DNA of 64,000 bases from an uncultured virus (IMG/VR IMGVR_UViG_3300009152_000001) (Duplodnaviria > Heunggongvirae > Uroviricota > Caudoviricetes). A program made the translations under genes and the position numbers. The stretch lies in the IMG/VR virus record IMGVR_UViG_3300009152_000001; one strand, given 5' to 3'. The notes under the pieces are model-generated. The model saw nothing but the letters and a program-made list of their open reading frames with translations. It had not been told where the DNA came from and searched no databases. Within the stretch, counting starts at the first letter, position 1. Every line of letters starts with the position of its first letter. Shown piece by piece: positions 44,674 to 54,757 of this stretch.

Positions 44674-45063
44674 ATGGCAACTTCTCCCGCCTTCATCTCT
44701 ACCCCACGCATCGCGGTCACGTCGGTGTCTTCTGCTGTTACCGACCTCACGGGTGCTACGGGTGTAACCACCCTCATAGTGGGCGCTGCGAGTGGTACGC
44801 GTGTACTGGAGATTGACGTGCAATGCGCGGCTTCTTCAGCGGCTGCTCTTGTGAACATCTTCTTGTCACTAGACGCAGGTTCCTCATGGACACTCTTCGA
44901 CCAGATTGCAGTAACGGCAGCAACCTCCACTGCTACCGTCAAAGCGAACCGCAACCTCGCTACCTACAGTAACCTTATCCTTCCTGACACAAATGCTCGC
45001 GTTGGGTGCGCCACCACGGTGTCACAGTTGACCAAGGTCATCGCCCTCGGTGGTGACTTCTAA
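44674..45063 (+). CDS. Virion structural protein
   Basis: MATSPAF...GGDF; AAGGA RBS. Confidence 0.65.
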   Translation: MATSPAFISTPRIAVTSVSSAVTDLTGATGVTTLIVGAASGTRVLEIDVQCAASSAAALVNIFLSLDAGSSWTLFDQIAVTAATSTATVKANRNLATYSNLILPDTNARVGCATTVSQLTKVIALGGDF

Positions 45064-45065
45064 GG

Positions 45066-46304
45066 ATGAACAACTCCCCCGTAGGTTGGCCGGGGGTTGT
45101 GCAGCCCCCACAGAACGCAGGCTCGGGGTGGCAGCGCAGTTCCCACGGAAACAGCGGCTATGGCTGGGCCGCGTGGCCTAGACACTCACGTCTAAACCCA
45201 AGCCCCGGTTCCCGTCTGCTATCTGGAGCAGAGGGTTGGTGGGACGCCTCTGTGTACTCTGACAGCAGTCGTGTGTGGCGCAACCTTGGTACAGCAGGAC
45301 CATGCGCTAACTTCACACGCAACACGGCCAACCCTTTTATCTACCTAACTCCTGAAACACAAGACTACTTGTACTTCCTAGGTAAGAACAACGCCAACGA
45401 GTTCTTGCAATGCACTGCTCCTGTCGACGCCGTTTTCTATATCGCTTATGACGTTTCCAACACCTCTATATCAGGGGCGGTGACGGGCGGGGCTACGTTC
45501 ACTTTTGAGAGCGCAGGCAGATGGGTAAAGGTATCGCTTCTGGATATTAATACTGCTGTCGTTGCCGAATTTGTAACCAACGATACTGCGTCTTTTGGGT
45601 ACACCGATAACTACGGAGTTGCATGGACTATCTCCTATAACAGCACCGTTAGCAACTACGTTCGCCCATCCATAGTGCGTTCTATAGAAAAGGGTGGATT
45701 ACCCTTCTTTGCTATGGGCGCAAAGAACGATAACGTGGCTTCTAGATGGGAATGCACAACTGCGGGTGGTACCTTCGATATCACCAGCGGTAACAACATG
45801 ACCGTGTTTGCTGTGGTGCGCCATTTTGCTCAAGCAGGTGTATATGGAGACTACTTAGCGTGGGGTTTAAAGTATCCTAATGGCTCAGACGCAACAAACC
45901 CTCGGTGGTCGTTGAGTGTGGCCTTCCCATCAACCGGCCAGTGGTCTTATGGGGGGGCTACCGGAATCTGTAATGGCCTACAAACTTCCGTAGTCAACTG
46001 GTCGGCCGACTTGTCGACTGGGAGAAACACACTGGGAAAACGAATCCTATTAGCAATGGTTGTCAACTCCCAAGGAAGGGCTGTCAACATCTACATCAAC
46101 TCCACACCTTACGGTCAAACAACCTCGGCAACAACGACCAAGGGTATGCAGGGGGTCGCGGGTGGTGGGTTTTTACAGACCGGAGGAAACATCGGCAACT
46201 CTGCTTGGGCTGCCTGCTTTGAGTTGTACGCCACTGGATTCTTTAGACGTGCACTGACAGCCACAGAACTGCAAACAATAGCCGACCACTACGGTTGTGA
46301 GTAG
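45066..46304 (+). CDS. LamG/concanavalin-like receptor-binding protein
   Basis: GWWDAS...WRNLGTAG; FFRRALTATELQTI C-terminus. Confidence 0.65.
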   Translation: MNNSPVGWPGVVQPPQNAGSGWQRSSHGNSGYGWAAWPRHSRLNPSPGSRLLSGAEGWWDASVYSDSSRVWRNLGTAGPCANFTRNTANPFIYLTPETQDYLYFLGKNNANEFLQCTAPVDAVFYIAYDVSNTSISGAVTGGATFTFESAGRWVKVSLLDINTAVVAEFVTNDTASFGYTDNYGVAWTISYNSTVSNYVRPSIVRSIEKGGLPFFAMGAKNDNVASRWECTTAGGTFDITSGNNMTVFAVVRHFAQAGVYGDYLAWGLKYPNGSDATNPRWSLSVAFPSTGQWSYGGATGICNGLQTSVVNWSADLSTGRNTLGKRILLAMVVNSQGRAVNIYINSTPYGQTTSATTTKGMQGVAGGGFLQTGGNIGNSAWAACFELYATGFFRRALTATELQTIADHYGCE

Positions 46305-46320
46305 AAGGTAGACTATAGTT

Positions 46321-47127
46321 ATGGCAACTTTTGATGATGTAGCAAACATCGCTAGAACTTATCTGCGAGACTTCCCTAGGTTCTTCCAAACGTCCCTTGC
46401 TGTCGCTGGCCGCACCTATCAACTAGGACATGTCAACGTCGACTCCAACAGCCTTTATGTTGCGGTGTACATGCCTTCCGGTGGCGCGGCTTCAGCGCTG
46501 TCCGCTGCTGAATACAGTTTGGATGTTCGTAACGGTGTTCTCCGTCTAGCGGAGTCCGCTCCTGTCGGTGCCGAACTCCTTATAGAGGGTTACTACTATG
46601 AATGGGTAACCCCCGATGACCTAAACTTCTATACGAAGAGGGCCATCGAAAAGCACCTGATAGCGCTAGAAACATCGCTATCAAACCTTACCGACGTGGT
46701 TATCAACGCGATTGGTATCGCAGCAATAGTCGAATGCTTGTGGGCATTGATGACGGAATATAGCCGTGACATCGACGTAATTACTTCTGAATCCGTGCAC
46801 ATCCCAGCCAGCCAGCGATTCAGGATGGTGCAGTCGCTGCTCTCCCAGTGGGAGGCCGAATACCAGCGCCATGCCACAGCCCTCAACATCGGTCTTGACC
46901 GTATCGAAGTATTCAACCTGCGCCGCATTTCTCGCACCACGAACAAACTGGTTCCCATCTACAAGTCTCAGGAACTGGGAGATTACGCGCCGCTTGAGCG
47001 GCTGTGGCCGAAGATTGACGAAGGTGTTCTTCCGAATGAGACCAAGGAAGACTCACTACGTACTGATGTATTCGTAGACACACTCCCACCCAGCGCCGGT
47101 ACCACCAGCACCAGCACTTACTACTGA
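46321..47127 (+). CDS. Head-tail adaptor (putative)
   Basis: Position; ESVHIPASQRF, IEVFNLRRISRTTNKLVP. Confidence 0.6.
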   Translation: MATFDDVANIARTYLRDFPRFFQTSLAVAGRTYQLGHVNVDSNSLYVAVYMPSGGAASALSAAEYSLDVRNGVLRLAESAPVGAELLIEGYYYEWVTPDDLNFYTKRAIEKHLIALETSLSNLTDVVINAIGIAAIVECLWALMTEYSRDIDVITSESVHIPASQRFRMVQSLLSQWEAEYQRHATALNIGLDRIEVFNLRRISRTTNKLVPIYKSQELGDYAPLERLWPKIDEGVLPNETKEDSLRTDVFVDTLPPSAGTTSTSTYY

Positions 47128-47134
47128 GGCAGCC

Positions 47135-47674
47135 ATGGACATACGTCGTGAACTTGACCTCATAAACAAGCACTTCAGGGTGCACCACCACACTGCCGGT
47201 GAGTCTGTGGTGTGGTACGAGTTCATCGTCCTTGGTACGGAACCCAGCATCTCAAGTGTCTATGACGACATCTACGACGAAGGTCGTCCTGACGTTTCTG
47301 GTAAGTCGTACCGTCCCGGTGTTATCGTCCCCACCCTACTGGTCGCTGAGAACGAAGACCAGAAGCGCGCCATCCCCGAGGCCCGCCAAGTAGTCCAGAC
47401 CATGAACCTGTTCATATCCCTCAAGGACATGCGCGACGCTGGGGTGTCGAACCCCCACGAGTACTCCCACCACCTGAATGACATGTACTTGTACGACGGC
47501 AGGTACTACACCGTATTCGACTACCGAGTCCGTGGCCGCTTGCGGGATGACGTGTTCATTCTCATCCAAGGTCTTGAAGTGGTTGTTGATCAAGAACTTG
47601 TCAACGATCCCGGCCCTGCTCCGCTGGGTATTTCAGACCCTCCGTGGCCCGCAAACCTTCCGGTATTAGGGTAA
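47135..47674 (+). CDS. Head closure/neck protein (putative)
   Basis: Position; YDDIYDEG, QELVNDP. Confidence 0.55.
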   Translation: MDIRRELDLINKHFRVHHHTAGESVVWYEFIVLGTEPSISSVYDDIYDEGRPDVSGKSYRPGVIVPTLLVAENEDQKRAIPEARQVVQTMNLFISLKDMRDAGVSNPHEYSHHLNDMYLYDGRYYTVFDYRVRGRLRDDVFILIQGLEVVVDQELVNDPGPAPLGISDPPWPANLPVLG

Positions 47675-47732
47675 TATAGAGATGTCTCAGATGCGCGTTT
47701 GAGATAGACAACGCCTAGAACCGGAGTTAGCC

Positions 47733-48107
47733 ATGAAGGCTTTTTCCAATACTTCCAAAACCTCTGGTTCTATCATCTCGGGCGTCCCCGCATTCTCACA
47801 CTTGTTCGACTTTTACGACAACAACTATGTGGCGATGCTGACTCAAGCCATCAACGAGGCGCTGGCTGAGTACGAGAAGACGGTTCGTGACCACGCCCGG
47901 TCGACTTGGGGAGAACTGGCCAACTCAATCAACATTGAGTTTGACCCCTCCACCTTTGAGGTCACCTTCTCTGCGTCTCCCGCGGCTACGTCCCTTGAGT
48001 ACGGGGATGAGTCCCGTTCCCCCTCTGCTGTTCTCCGCAACGCTGCCGTTGAGGCTTCCCAGCAACTGCCCGCCAAGATAGCGGCCAAGATGGCGAAGCA
48101 CTCATGA
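47733..48107 (+). CDS. Neck/tail completion protein (putative)
   Basis: LEYG...PSAVLR motif; position. Confidence 0.5.
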   Translation: MKAFSNTSKTSGSIISGVPAFSHLFDFYDNNYVAMLTQAINEALAEYEKTVRDHARSTWGELANSINIEFDPSTFEVTFSASPAATSLEYGDESRSPSAVLRNAAVEASQQLPAKIAAKMAKHS

Positions 48108-48802
48108 CCGCCGTAGGACTCTTCTTCGCAGAGGACGCTGCTGTGAAGCAGCGGTTCTCAGGTCTTACCGTCACAGACGACCGTAAGGCCCAACGCCCCG
48201 TAAAGGTCTTCTTCCGTTATCCCGAAGTGGAGACCGAGAAGGATTACCCATTCATAACCATAGAACAGGTTGGTCTCTCGCACGCGCGAGAACTGCAACT
48301 GTCCGAGTCGTACTACTACTACGACCAGCACGACACACTCCCGCCCTCGGAGTCCTTGGCTTACTGGCCGTCTGAGATGGACGAGGCTGGGTTAGCGGCG
48401 ACTGTAGTCGGCCCGGGGTACCTCCGGTCTGACTCGTTTATCCCCATTTATCTTACGTACCAAGTATCTACATACTGCCGTAGCGCCATCCATGACAGGC
48501 AACTAGTGTCGAAAATGATACGATATGTAGTACCCTTTAGGCGGGGTTCGATCCTAGTAGATGTTGATGGGACCGCCCGTCGCTTCGATCTTCTAGGGTG
48601 GACGAACTCCGATCTTCTTGATATCGAAACTGGATACCGAAAGCGTATCTTTAGAAAAGTCTTCACAATACAAATGACCGCCGAGATTCCACAGTCGGAA
48701 TTGGAAGCGATTCAAAGATCAACACACGTTTCAAAAGACCTACAAGTTCCGCACGACCCGTCCCCGTTTAATCCCTACCCGACAATTTCGGAGGTCTTTT
48801 AA
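48104..48802 (+). CDS. Tail terminator (putative)
   Basis: YPFITI, LTYQVSTY; immediately before the sheath gene. Confidence 0.6.
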   Translation: MTAVGLFFAEDAAVKQRFSGLTVTDDRKAQRPVKVFFRYPEVETEKDYPFITIEQVGLSHARELQLSESYYYYDQHDTLPPSESLAYWPSEMDEAGLAATVVGPGYLRSDSFIPIYLTYQVSTYCRSAIHDRQLVSKMIRYVVPFRRGSILVDVDGTARRFDLLGWTNSDLLDIETGYRKRIFRKVFTIQMTAEIPQSELEAIQRSTHVSKDLQVPHDPSPFNPYPTISEVF

Positions 48803-50316
48803 TGGCTACCTATTCAGTACCCGGTGTATACGTATCAGAATCACCACTGGTTCAGAACGTAAACCGCTCAAACACCACGCAGTCAATCGCAGCCTTCATC
48901 GGCACCGCCCCTCGTGGTCCAGAAACACCCACCCTCATCAACTCGTGGTCAGCATTCAAGAACTACTACGACGACGCTGAGACCGGTTACGAACTGCCCT
49001 ACAGCGTGTACCACTACTTTGCAAACGGTGGCCGCGACGCTTACATCATCCGCGCTACCAACGCCTCAGCGGCTGCTGCTTCGGTTGTTATGCCCTACTA
49101 CCCCAACGGCTCGGGCGCAGCCTCGGGCAGCCTCTTCACCGGCACCGCCAACAGCCGTGGTACTTGGGGCAACAGCCTTTCACTGCGGACCACCTCTGGT
49201 GGCACCGCTGCAACGGCAACCCAAATCCCAACCTTCAACCTCTCAATCCTCCTCAACGGCGTTGAGGTTGAGCGCTGGAATGAGGTATCAACCGACCCCT
49301 CCAATAACCGATACCTAGAGGCGGTGCTGAACAACTTCAGCAAGTTCATCACCGTTACCGTCCCCTCAGGTGCCAAGACCGCCGCCTCAACGTGGGTCCC
49401 CTATACGACTGCTGCTGTACCACTCGCAGGTGGGGCCAGCGGCGGTGCTGCCGTTGACTACCAAGCGGCTGCCGACAAGTTGGAGGCATTAGAAGGTGTT
49501 CTCCTCATCAACGCCCCCGGCGTGACTGACACCGCTACTGTCAACCTGCTTATCGGTAAGGCTGAGTCACGTGGCAACTCCTTCGTGGTAATCGACCCCA
49601 CCACCGCCGCACCAAGCGACTACGGCTCAACCGTGGCCAACCTCTACACGTCCTCATCCTACGCAGCGGTGTACTACCCGATGCTGAAGATGGCCGACCC
49701 TGCCAAGAGCGGTCCTGCCGCAATCCGTGACACCTACCCCGGTGGCGCTGTCATGGGTGCGTTCGTTCGTACCGAAGTAGCCCGCACCGTAGCAAAGGCC
49801 CCAGCCGGTTTCACCACCGACGTTCGCAACGCCTTCGGTCTGTACGGCACCAAGCCAACCGCCGCACAGGCAGGCACCTTGTATGACACCTACGGTGTGA
49901 ACGTGTTCAAGGCAGTCCCCGGTGGTGGCATTATTATCAACGGTGCTCGCACCCTTGATAAGACCTCCCCCGGTAAGTACATCCCGATCCGTCGGTCGCT
50001 CAACTACGTCAAGCAGGGCCTCAAGGACCTTACGTCATACGCCGTGTTTGAGCCTAACGACGACCGTCTGTGGGCCTCGGTGTCAATCCGCTCTTCCAGT
50101 TTCTTGAACCAGTTCTGGCGGGCGGGTGGCCTCAAGGGGCGCAACGCTGCCGAAGCGTTCTACATAATCTGTGACGAAACCAACAACACTGACGAGACCA
50201 TCGCCCAAGGTGAGGTCCGTCTAGAGGTTGGCGTAGCCCTCCAGTACCCAGCCGAGTACATCGTCATCTCCGTCAGCCAATGGACTGGCGGCTCAAACGC
50301 AGCGTCAACCCTCTGA
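48802..50316 (+). CDS. Contractile tail sheath protein
   Basis: PGVYVSE, AFIGTAPRGP, YFANGG, KAPAG, VFEPND, CDETNN, PAEYIVI. Confidence 0.95.
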   Translation: MATYSVPGVYVSESPLVQNVNRSNTTQSIAAFIGTAPRGPETPTLINSWSAFKNYYDDAETGYELPYSVYHYFANGGRDAYIIRATNASAAAASVVMPYYPNGSGAASGSLFTGTANSRGTWGNSLSLRTTSGGTAATATQIPTFNLSILLNGVEVERWNEVSTDPSNNRYLEAVLNNFSKFITVTVPSGAKTAASTWVPYTTAAVPLAGGASGGAAVDYQAAADKLEALEGVLLINAPGVTDTATVNLLIGKAESRGNSFVVIDPTTAAPSDYGSTVANLYTSSSYAAVYYPMLKMADPAKSGPAAIRDTYPGGAVMGAFVRTEVARTVAKAPAGFTTDVRNAFGLYGTKPTAAQAGTLYDTYGVNVFKAVPGGGIIINGARTLDKTSPGKYIPIRRSLNYVKQGLKDLTSYAVFEPNDDRLWASVSIRSSSFLNQFWRAGGLKGRNAAEAFYIICDETNNTDETIAQGEVRLEVGVALQYPAEYIVISVSQWTGGSNAASTL

Positions 50317-50334
50317 TAAAGGAGAACTAATCAC

Positions 50335-50940
50335 ATGGCCCGTTCAGCAAAAACAGACCCTATCCGTAACTTTAAGTTCCGAGTTTCCATCATCACTTCA
50401 AATGGTGATGGCCTCGGTAAGGCAACTGAGGGTTTGGGTAACCTTGGGTTCGCTGTCGTTTCCGGTCTCACCGTCAACAACGAGATGGTGGGCTACCGCG
50501 AAGGTGGCATGAACACGCACCCACACAAGTTCCTTGGGCAGTCAGACTTCGCCCCAGTGACCCTCAGCCGCGGCGTGTTTGAGAAGCAAGACCAACTCTA
50601 CAAGTGGCAGCAGTTCCTCCACGCGTGGAACCAAGCGTCGGGTCTCAGCACTGCGACCAACAACGACTACCGTTGTGACGTTCTGGTCAAGGTGTATGAC
50701 CACCCCATCTCGTCTGGCTCCTACGCTACCCCCGGTTCCCCTTCAGGCCCCAAGGAAAACCTTGGCTCAGCCCGCTGGGGTTTCAAACTGTTCGACTGCT
50801 TCCCCGGCTCCTACTCTGTAAGCGACCTAAACGCTGGTGATAGTGGTATCATGATCCAGCAACTAGTTCTCCACCACGAAGGGTTTGTGGTAGCGTGGAA
50901 CGAACAAGATGTTGGAAGCCTCGCCAGCCTCACTGGTTGA
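50335..50940 (+). CDS. Tail tube protein (T4 gp19-like)
   Basis: DPIRNFKFRV, YREGG, VTLSRG, DLNA, LHHEG. Confidence 0.9.
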   Translation: MARSAKTDPIRNFKFRVSIITSNGDGLGKATEGLGNLGFAVVSGLTVNNEMVGYREGGMNTHPHKFLGQSDFAPVTLSRGVFEKQDQLYKWQQFLHAWNQASGLSTATNNDYRCDVLVKVYDHPISSGSYATPGSPSGPKENLGSARWGFKLFDCFPGSYSVSDLNAGDSGIMIQQLVLHHEGFVVAWNEQDVGSLASLTG

Positions 50941-50961
50941 TAACCCACTACAGGGAGCAAT

Positions 50962-51762
50962 ATGAGTACAACACAAGGTTCCGTTGAAAACCTTCTTAAA
51001 GAAGACGCACCAGAAATAGGGTTGCCACTTCCCTCTATCGTCACACTCCAACGGGGTGTGTACGACCCTGTGTCGAATGAATGGCACACCGAGGCAGAGG
51101 TCCGTGAACTCACGGGCGCTGATGAGGAGTACTTGGCGAGCCTTGAAACAAAAGCCACTGTCACTTACGCCGACTATATGACAGCCCTGCTCAGTAGGGC
51201 GGTCGTTCGGATAGGTAACAACTTACTTACACCGGCTAACAGTAAGGAAGTTGTTGAAAACCTCACCATCGGTGACCGTGACCTACTGTTCCTTGGCATT
51301 GTGAAGTGCACGTACGGTAGGGAGCGCGAGTACATCGCGCGCTGCGGCTCCTGCAACGAGAAGAATGACGTAGTTGTCGATCTAGACGAAGACTTTCCTC
51401 TACAGGTTCCAGAACACGACCTCCATGCTCCCGTGGAAGTGACCCTTCGTAAGGGCAACCTCATCCGCCTCCGTATGCCAACCGGGGCTGATAGTTCTTA
51501 TGTGGGTAAGCACTCGTCATCAACGGCGACCCAGAACACCATCATGCTCTCACGCTGTGCTCTGCTCTCCGATGCAGACAGGGCAGGAGCCACTCCAGAA
51601 GAGTGGGCTAAGAACCTTTCTCTCGCTGACCGCGGGAAACTCATCAAGGCTCTCCTTGAAGTCAAGGCGGGTCCGAAGATGGAGGGGGTGAACGTCCAAT
51701 GTGCGCATTGTGGGGAAGATATGCCCATTAATCTCAATTGGATGTCCCTTCTATTTGGCTGA
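50962..51762 (+). CDS. Tail assembly chaperone / baseplate hub assembly protein (T4 gp26-like)
   Basis: VRELTGADEE, LTIGDRD, TYG, CGSC, CAHC; between tube and tape measure. Confidence 0.75.
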   Translation: MSTTQGSVENLLKEDAPEIGLPLPSIVTLQRGVYDPVSNEWHTEAEVRELTGADEEYLASLETKATVTYADYMTALLSRAVVRIGNNLLTPANSKEVVENLTIGDRDLLFLGIVKCTYGREREYIARCGSCNEKNDVVVDLDEDFPLQVPEHDLHAPVEVTLRKGNLIRLRMPTGADSSYVGKHSSSTATQNTIMLSRCALLSDADRAGATPEEWAKNLSLADRGKLIKALLEVKAGPKMEGVNVQCAHCGEDMPINLNWMSLLFG

Positions 51763-51895
51763 TGTAAAATACACGTACTGGGAATACGAACTGATCGCCT
51801 CCGTCTACCATGGGTTTAATCTTTCTGATCTTCAGTCTATGACTGTTCGCCAGAGGCGCTACTGGTTTAAAATGGCTAGGTGGCGCAAAACCTAA
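51755..51895 (+). CDS. Short tail-assembly ORF (separate TTG start or frameshift extension)
   Basis: YWEYELIASVYHGFNLSDLQSMTVRQRRYW in the +1 frame overlapping the previous stop. Confidence 0.65.
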   Translation: MADVKYTYWEYELIASVYHGFNLSDLQSMTVRQRRYWFKMARWRKT

Positions 51896-51901
51896 GGACT
51901 G

Positions 51902-54757
51902 ATGATGGCCCCTCCCCAAGATGAAGACGCTTTGGCAGGTCAACAAGCGACCAAACTAAACAAAGCGATCAGACTCTCACAGAGTCTCAACATAGACGTT
52001 AAGGGCGTTAAAGACCTTGGTGGTGCGTTCGCGTCTGTCACAGGGGAACTGAAGAAACTCCACAAGGAACTTCAAGCGGTTGAGGCCGAGGCCAAGAAAG
52101 CGGCTGCCGCTGTAGGTTCGGTACAAGGCCCATCCGCAGGCGGTGCTGGCTCCAGCATCGGCAGTACCCCAGTTGCCACCTTCAGCAACTCGTCACCTCC
52201 CGCGGGTCCCGGTGGCGGTGGCGGCGGTGGGGGGATGATCAAGAACTTGATGTCCAAGTTCGGTGGCGGTGGTGGAGGCGGTGGTGGGATAACCGCCGCT
52301 GGCGTAACAAGGGGAGCGACTGTTGCGGCGGCCGCCGTCCAGCAGGCGATGGCTGTCATTGACGCTCGGGTAGACAGAGGTAGGGATTACGCGCTATCCG
52401 CCGACAGGATGTCTGTGCTCTATCAGCAAATGACTGGTAAGAGCCAAGTGCAAGTGCAGGATCAGTACCGCCAACCCCTTACCAAGTACCGCCTCGGTAT
52501 GGGTGGTATCAACGACCTTCTGGGTCTACAGGCTCGCACGGGTATCAATGCCGCACAACAGGCTTCCAGCGTTGAAGCAATGCGCACCTACAGTGGTTTC
52601 TCACTATCAACTGGTGACGCCGCCAACATGCTTCAGAATCTAGCGAGCGCCCCTGTTGCTAACCGCATGTTCCTCATGGGCGGCGGTGGCCTTATTGGCG
52701 TAGGTGGCAAGCAGAACTCCATGCAGTCCGTCATGCAGAACATCGTCAAGTCCGCTGGTCTAACAAACGAGAAACTTGTAGATAGTGCGTTTGCATCAGG
52801 CTCTCTTACTCGTTCCAAATTGACGATGATGGGTGTTGCTCCTGACATGCAGGACCAAATCCTTCAGTACGCGAAGCAGAACATTCAGTACAAGAAGAAG
52901 GGGGGCAAAGGTATGTACGACGCCTCCAGCAAGGAATCCCGCAAGTTGATGGGTATCGAAGATAACTTCGCCACCCAAGCCGAGGAAACCGACCGGGTTC
53001 GCACCGCGCGAGAAGAGCAATTCTACAGCCGTCAGGCTGACAACTACGCTGACCTAGAGAAGCAGACACAGAAACTAACCAAGGTATTCGCAGCCTTGGA
53101 AGACAAACTGTCTGGTCTCATAGGTCAGAGGACCAGCCACCGCATATCCTCATCAATTGGTGCGGTGGCTGGGGGTATTTTAGGAAGTTTAATCCCCATC
53201 CCCGGTCTTGGCACCGCTGCTGGAGCGGCCCTTGGCTCTATTGGTGGAACACTCATTGGAGGTCTTATCGGTGAACCCCACGATGGACCATCCACAGGTA
53301 AGACATCCTCCGCTCCTTCTACTGCGGCAAAGGGCAGTTCTACCAACGACTCCAACATTATGGTGCCCACGTATGGTGGCAATAACAAGCCGAAGATGGT
53401 TAGCATTGAGTCTATAAAGACCCGTCCAGACTTCATGGGCATGAAGTCCCAGATGCGTGAGCGCGTCCTCAACCTTATGCGTTCTAACCCACGCGTGGGT
53501 TTCGGCCAAGGTATCCGAAATCCTAAGGAACAAAACGACCTGTTCTACAGGCGGTATCAGAAGACCAACCGTCTGGATACCACCGAGAGGAAGAACAGGA
53601 AAGACCGTAAGTACCAAGGGTACTGGTGGGAACTCAAGAACCCGGGGGACCTCCCCACCGCCACTCCGGGTAACTCCATGCACGGTCTTGGCCTAGCAGC
53701 CGACCTTTACTTCCTTGACGCGTCAGCCAAAAACTGGGCGTATTCTAATGCTTCTAAGTTCGGGCTGTCTGGTGCGGGGGATGTTGACCCACCACACTTC
53801 CAACCCGTGGAGTTTGCAGACGATTCGGCTAACTCTTACCTAGATAAGGGTGCTCCTTGGGGTAGCGACGGTCTTGACAGTTCAGCATCTGCCGAACCTG
53901 TTGGAACCTCACCTCTAGAAGCAACTGGTTCGACAACCTCATCTGACCCTGCTGACCCCAAGTCCATCGGAGCCACCCCTGTATCAGGGGGCTACGCCTC
54001 AATCAGCGAGCGTGTGGCGAGCGACATGGGCATGATAGGTGGTGGCGGGTTCTCAGGCAGCGGCAGCGACGGAACGGGTACCGGTAATACAGCAACGCCT
54101 ATAGATGGCGCTACTGGTAGTGCTCCCGCTGCTGGGGCACTGGCGGGCGAGGACGTTGCCCGCATGCTCGCTGGCGTTGGGTTCCACGGTAGCGAACTCA
54201 TCAAAATGCTTGCAATCTCCAAGCGAGAGTCGGGGTGGGTTCCCACAGCACACAACCCCAACGCTTCCACAGGCGATAACTCATGGGGTTTGTTCCAGTT
54301 GAACACCTTGGGTAATCTTTGGAACTTCTACAAACAAAGAGGTATAGGTCGCCCAGAAGACCTGATGGACGCTAACACCAACGTCAGGATGGCTAAGCAA
54401 CTCTTTGATGTGTTTGCAAAGGATAAACATAACGGGTTCTATGCGTGGGGTGACTACCCGGGTAGTGGTCCCGGATCATCTGACGGAAACCTTGACATCC
54501 CGGGAGCAACCGCCATTGTGAAGAAGGCAGGACTCGGTGAAGCATTCGATGGCCCTTCACGTGAACCGTCACCCGCAGCGCCCGCTGTACAGGGGTCCAG
54601 CAACATGACTGTCAAGGGTGGCCATACGTTCAACATAAACCCAAGTATCACAATGAATGGTACTGGTAATCAAAGTCTTGATCTAAAGAAACTTGCTAAG
54701 GAGTTGGCCCGTATGGTACAGCACGAAATCGAAGTAACGGCGCTGAGGGGTAACTAA
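51902..54757 (+). CDS. Tape measure protein with M15 peptidase and lytic transglycosylase domains
   Basis: Helical N-half; Gly-rich hydrophobic segment; TPGNSMHGLGLAADL...DPPHFQ; AISKRESG...DNSWGLFQLN. Confidence 0.88.
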   Translation: MMAPPQDEDALAGQQATKLNKAIRLSQSLNIDVKGVKDLGGAFASVTGELKKLHKELQAVEAEAKKAAAAVGSVQGPSAGGAGSSIGSTPVATFSNSSPPAGPGGGGGGGGMIKNLMSKFGGGGGGGGGITAAGVTRGATVAAAAVQQAMAVIDARVDRGRDYALSADRMSVLYQQMTGKSQVQVQDQYRQPLTKYRLGMGGINDLLGLQARTGINAAQQASSVEAMRTYSGFSLSTGDAANMLQNLASAPVANRMFLMGGGGLIGVGGKQNSMQSVMQNIVKSAGLTNEKLVDSAFASGSLTRSKLTMMGVAPDMQDQILQYAKQNIQYKKKGGKGMYDASSKESRKLMGIEDNFATQAEETDRVRTAREEQFYSRQADNYADLEKQTQKLTKVFAALEDKLSGLIGQRTSHRISSSIGAVAGGILGSLIPIPGLGTAAGAALGSIGGTLIGGLIGEPHDGPSTGKTSSAPSTAAKGSSTNDSNIMVPTYGGNNKPKMVSIESIKTRPDFMGMKSQMRERVLNLMRSNPRVGFGQGIRNPKEQNDLFYRRYQKTNRLDTTERKNRKDRKYQGYWWELKNPGDLPTATPGNSMHGLGLAADLYFLDASAKNWAYSNASKFGLSGAGDVDPPHFQPVEFADDSANSYLDKGAPWGSDGLDSSASAEPVGTSPLEATGSTTSSDPADPKSIGATPVSGGYASISERVASDMGMIGGGGFSGSGSDGTGTGNTATPIDGATGSAPAAGALAGEDVARMLAGVGFHGSELIKMLAISKRESGWVPTAHNPNASTGDNSWGLFQLNTLGNLWNFYKQRGIGRPEDLMDANTNVRMAKQLFDVFAKDKHNGFYAWGDYPGSGPGSSDGNLDIPGATAIVKKAGLGEAFDGPSREPSPAAPAVQGSSNMTVKGGHTFNINPSITMNGTGNQSLDLKKLAKELARMVQHEIEVTALRGN

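Noticed and set aside
20401..46304. Diversity-generating retroelement (Mtd-like N-terminus at 30348)
   Set aside because: No reverse transcriptase and no TR/VR pair differing at adenines was seen; the Mtd N-terminal domain alone is common.
52205..52290. GGC/GGT microsatellites in the tape measure gene
   Set aside because: They encode ordinary poly-Gly linkers and stay in frame.
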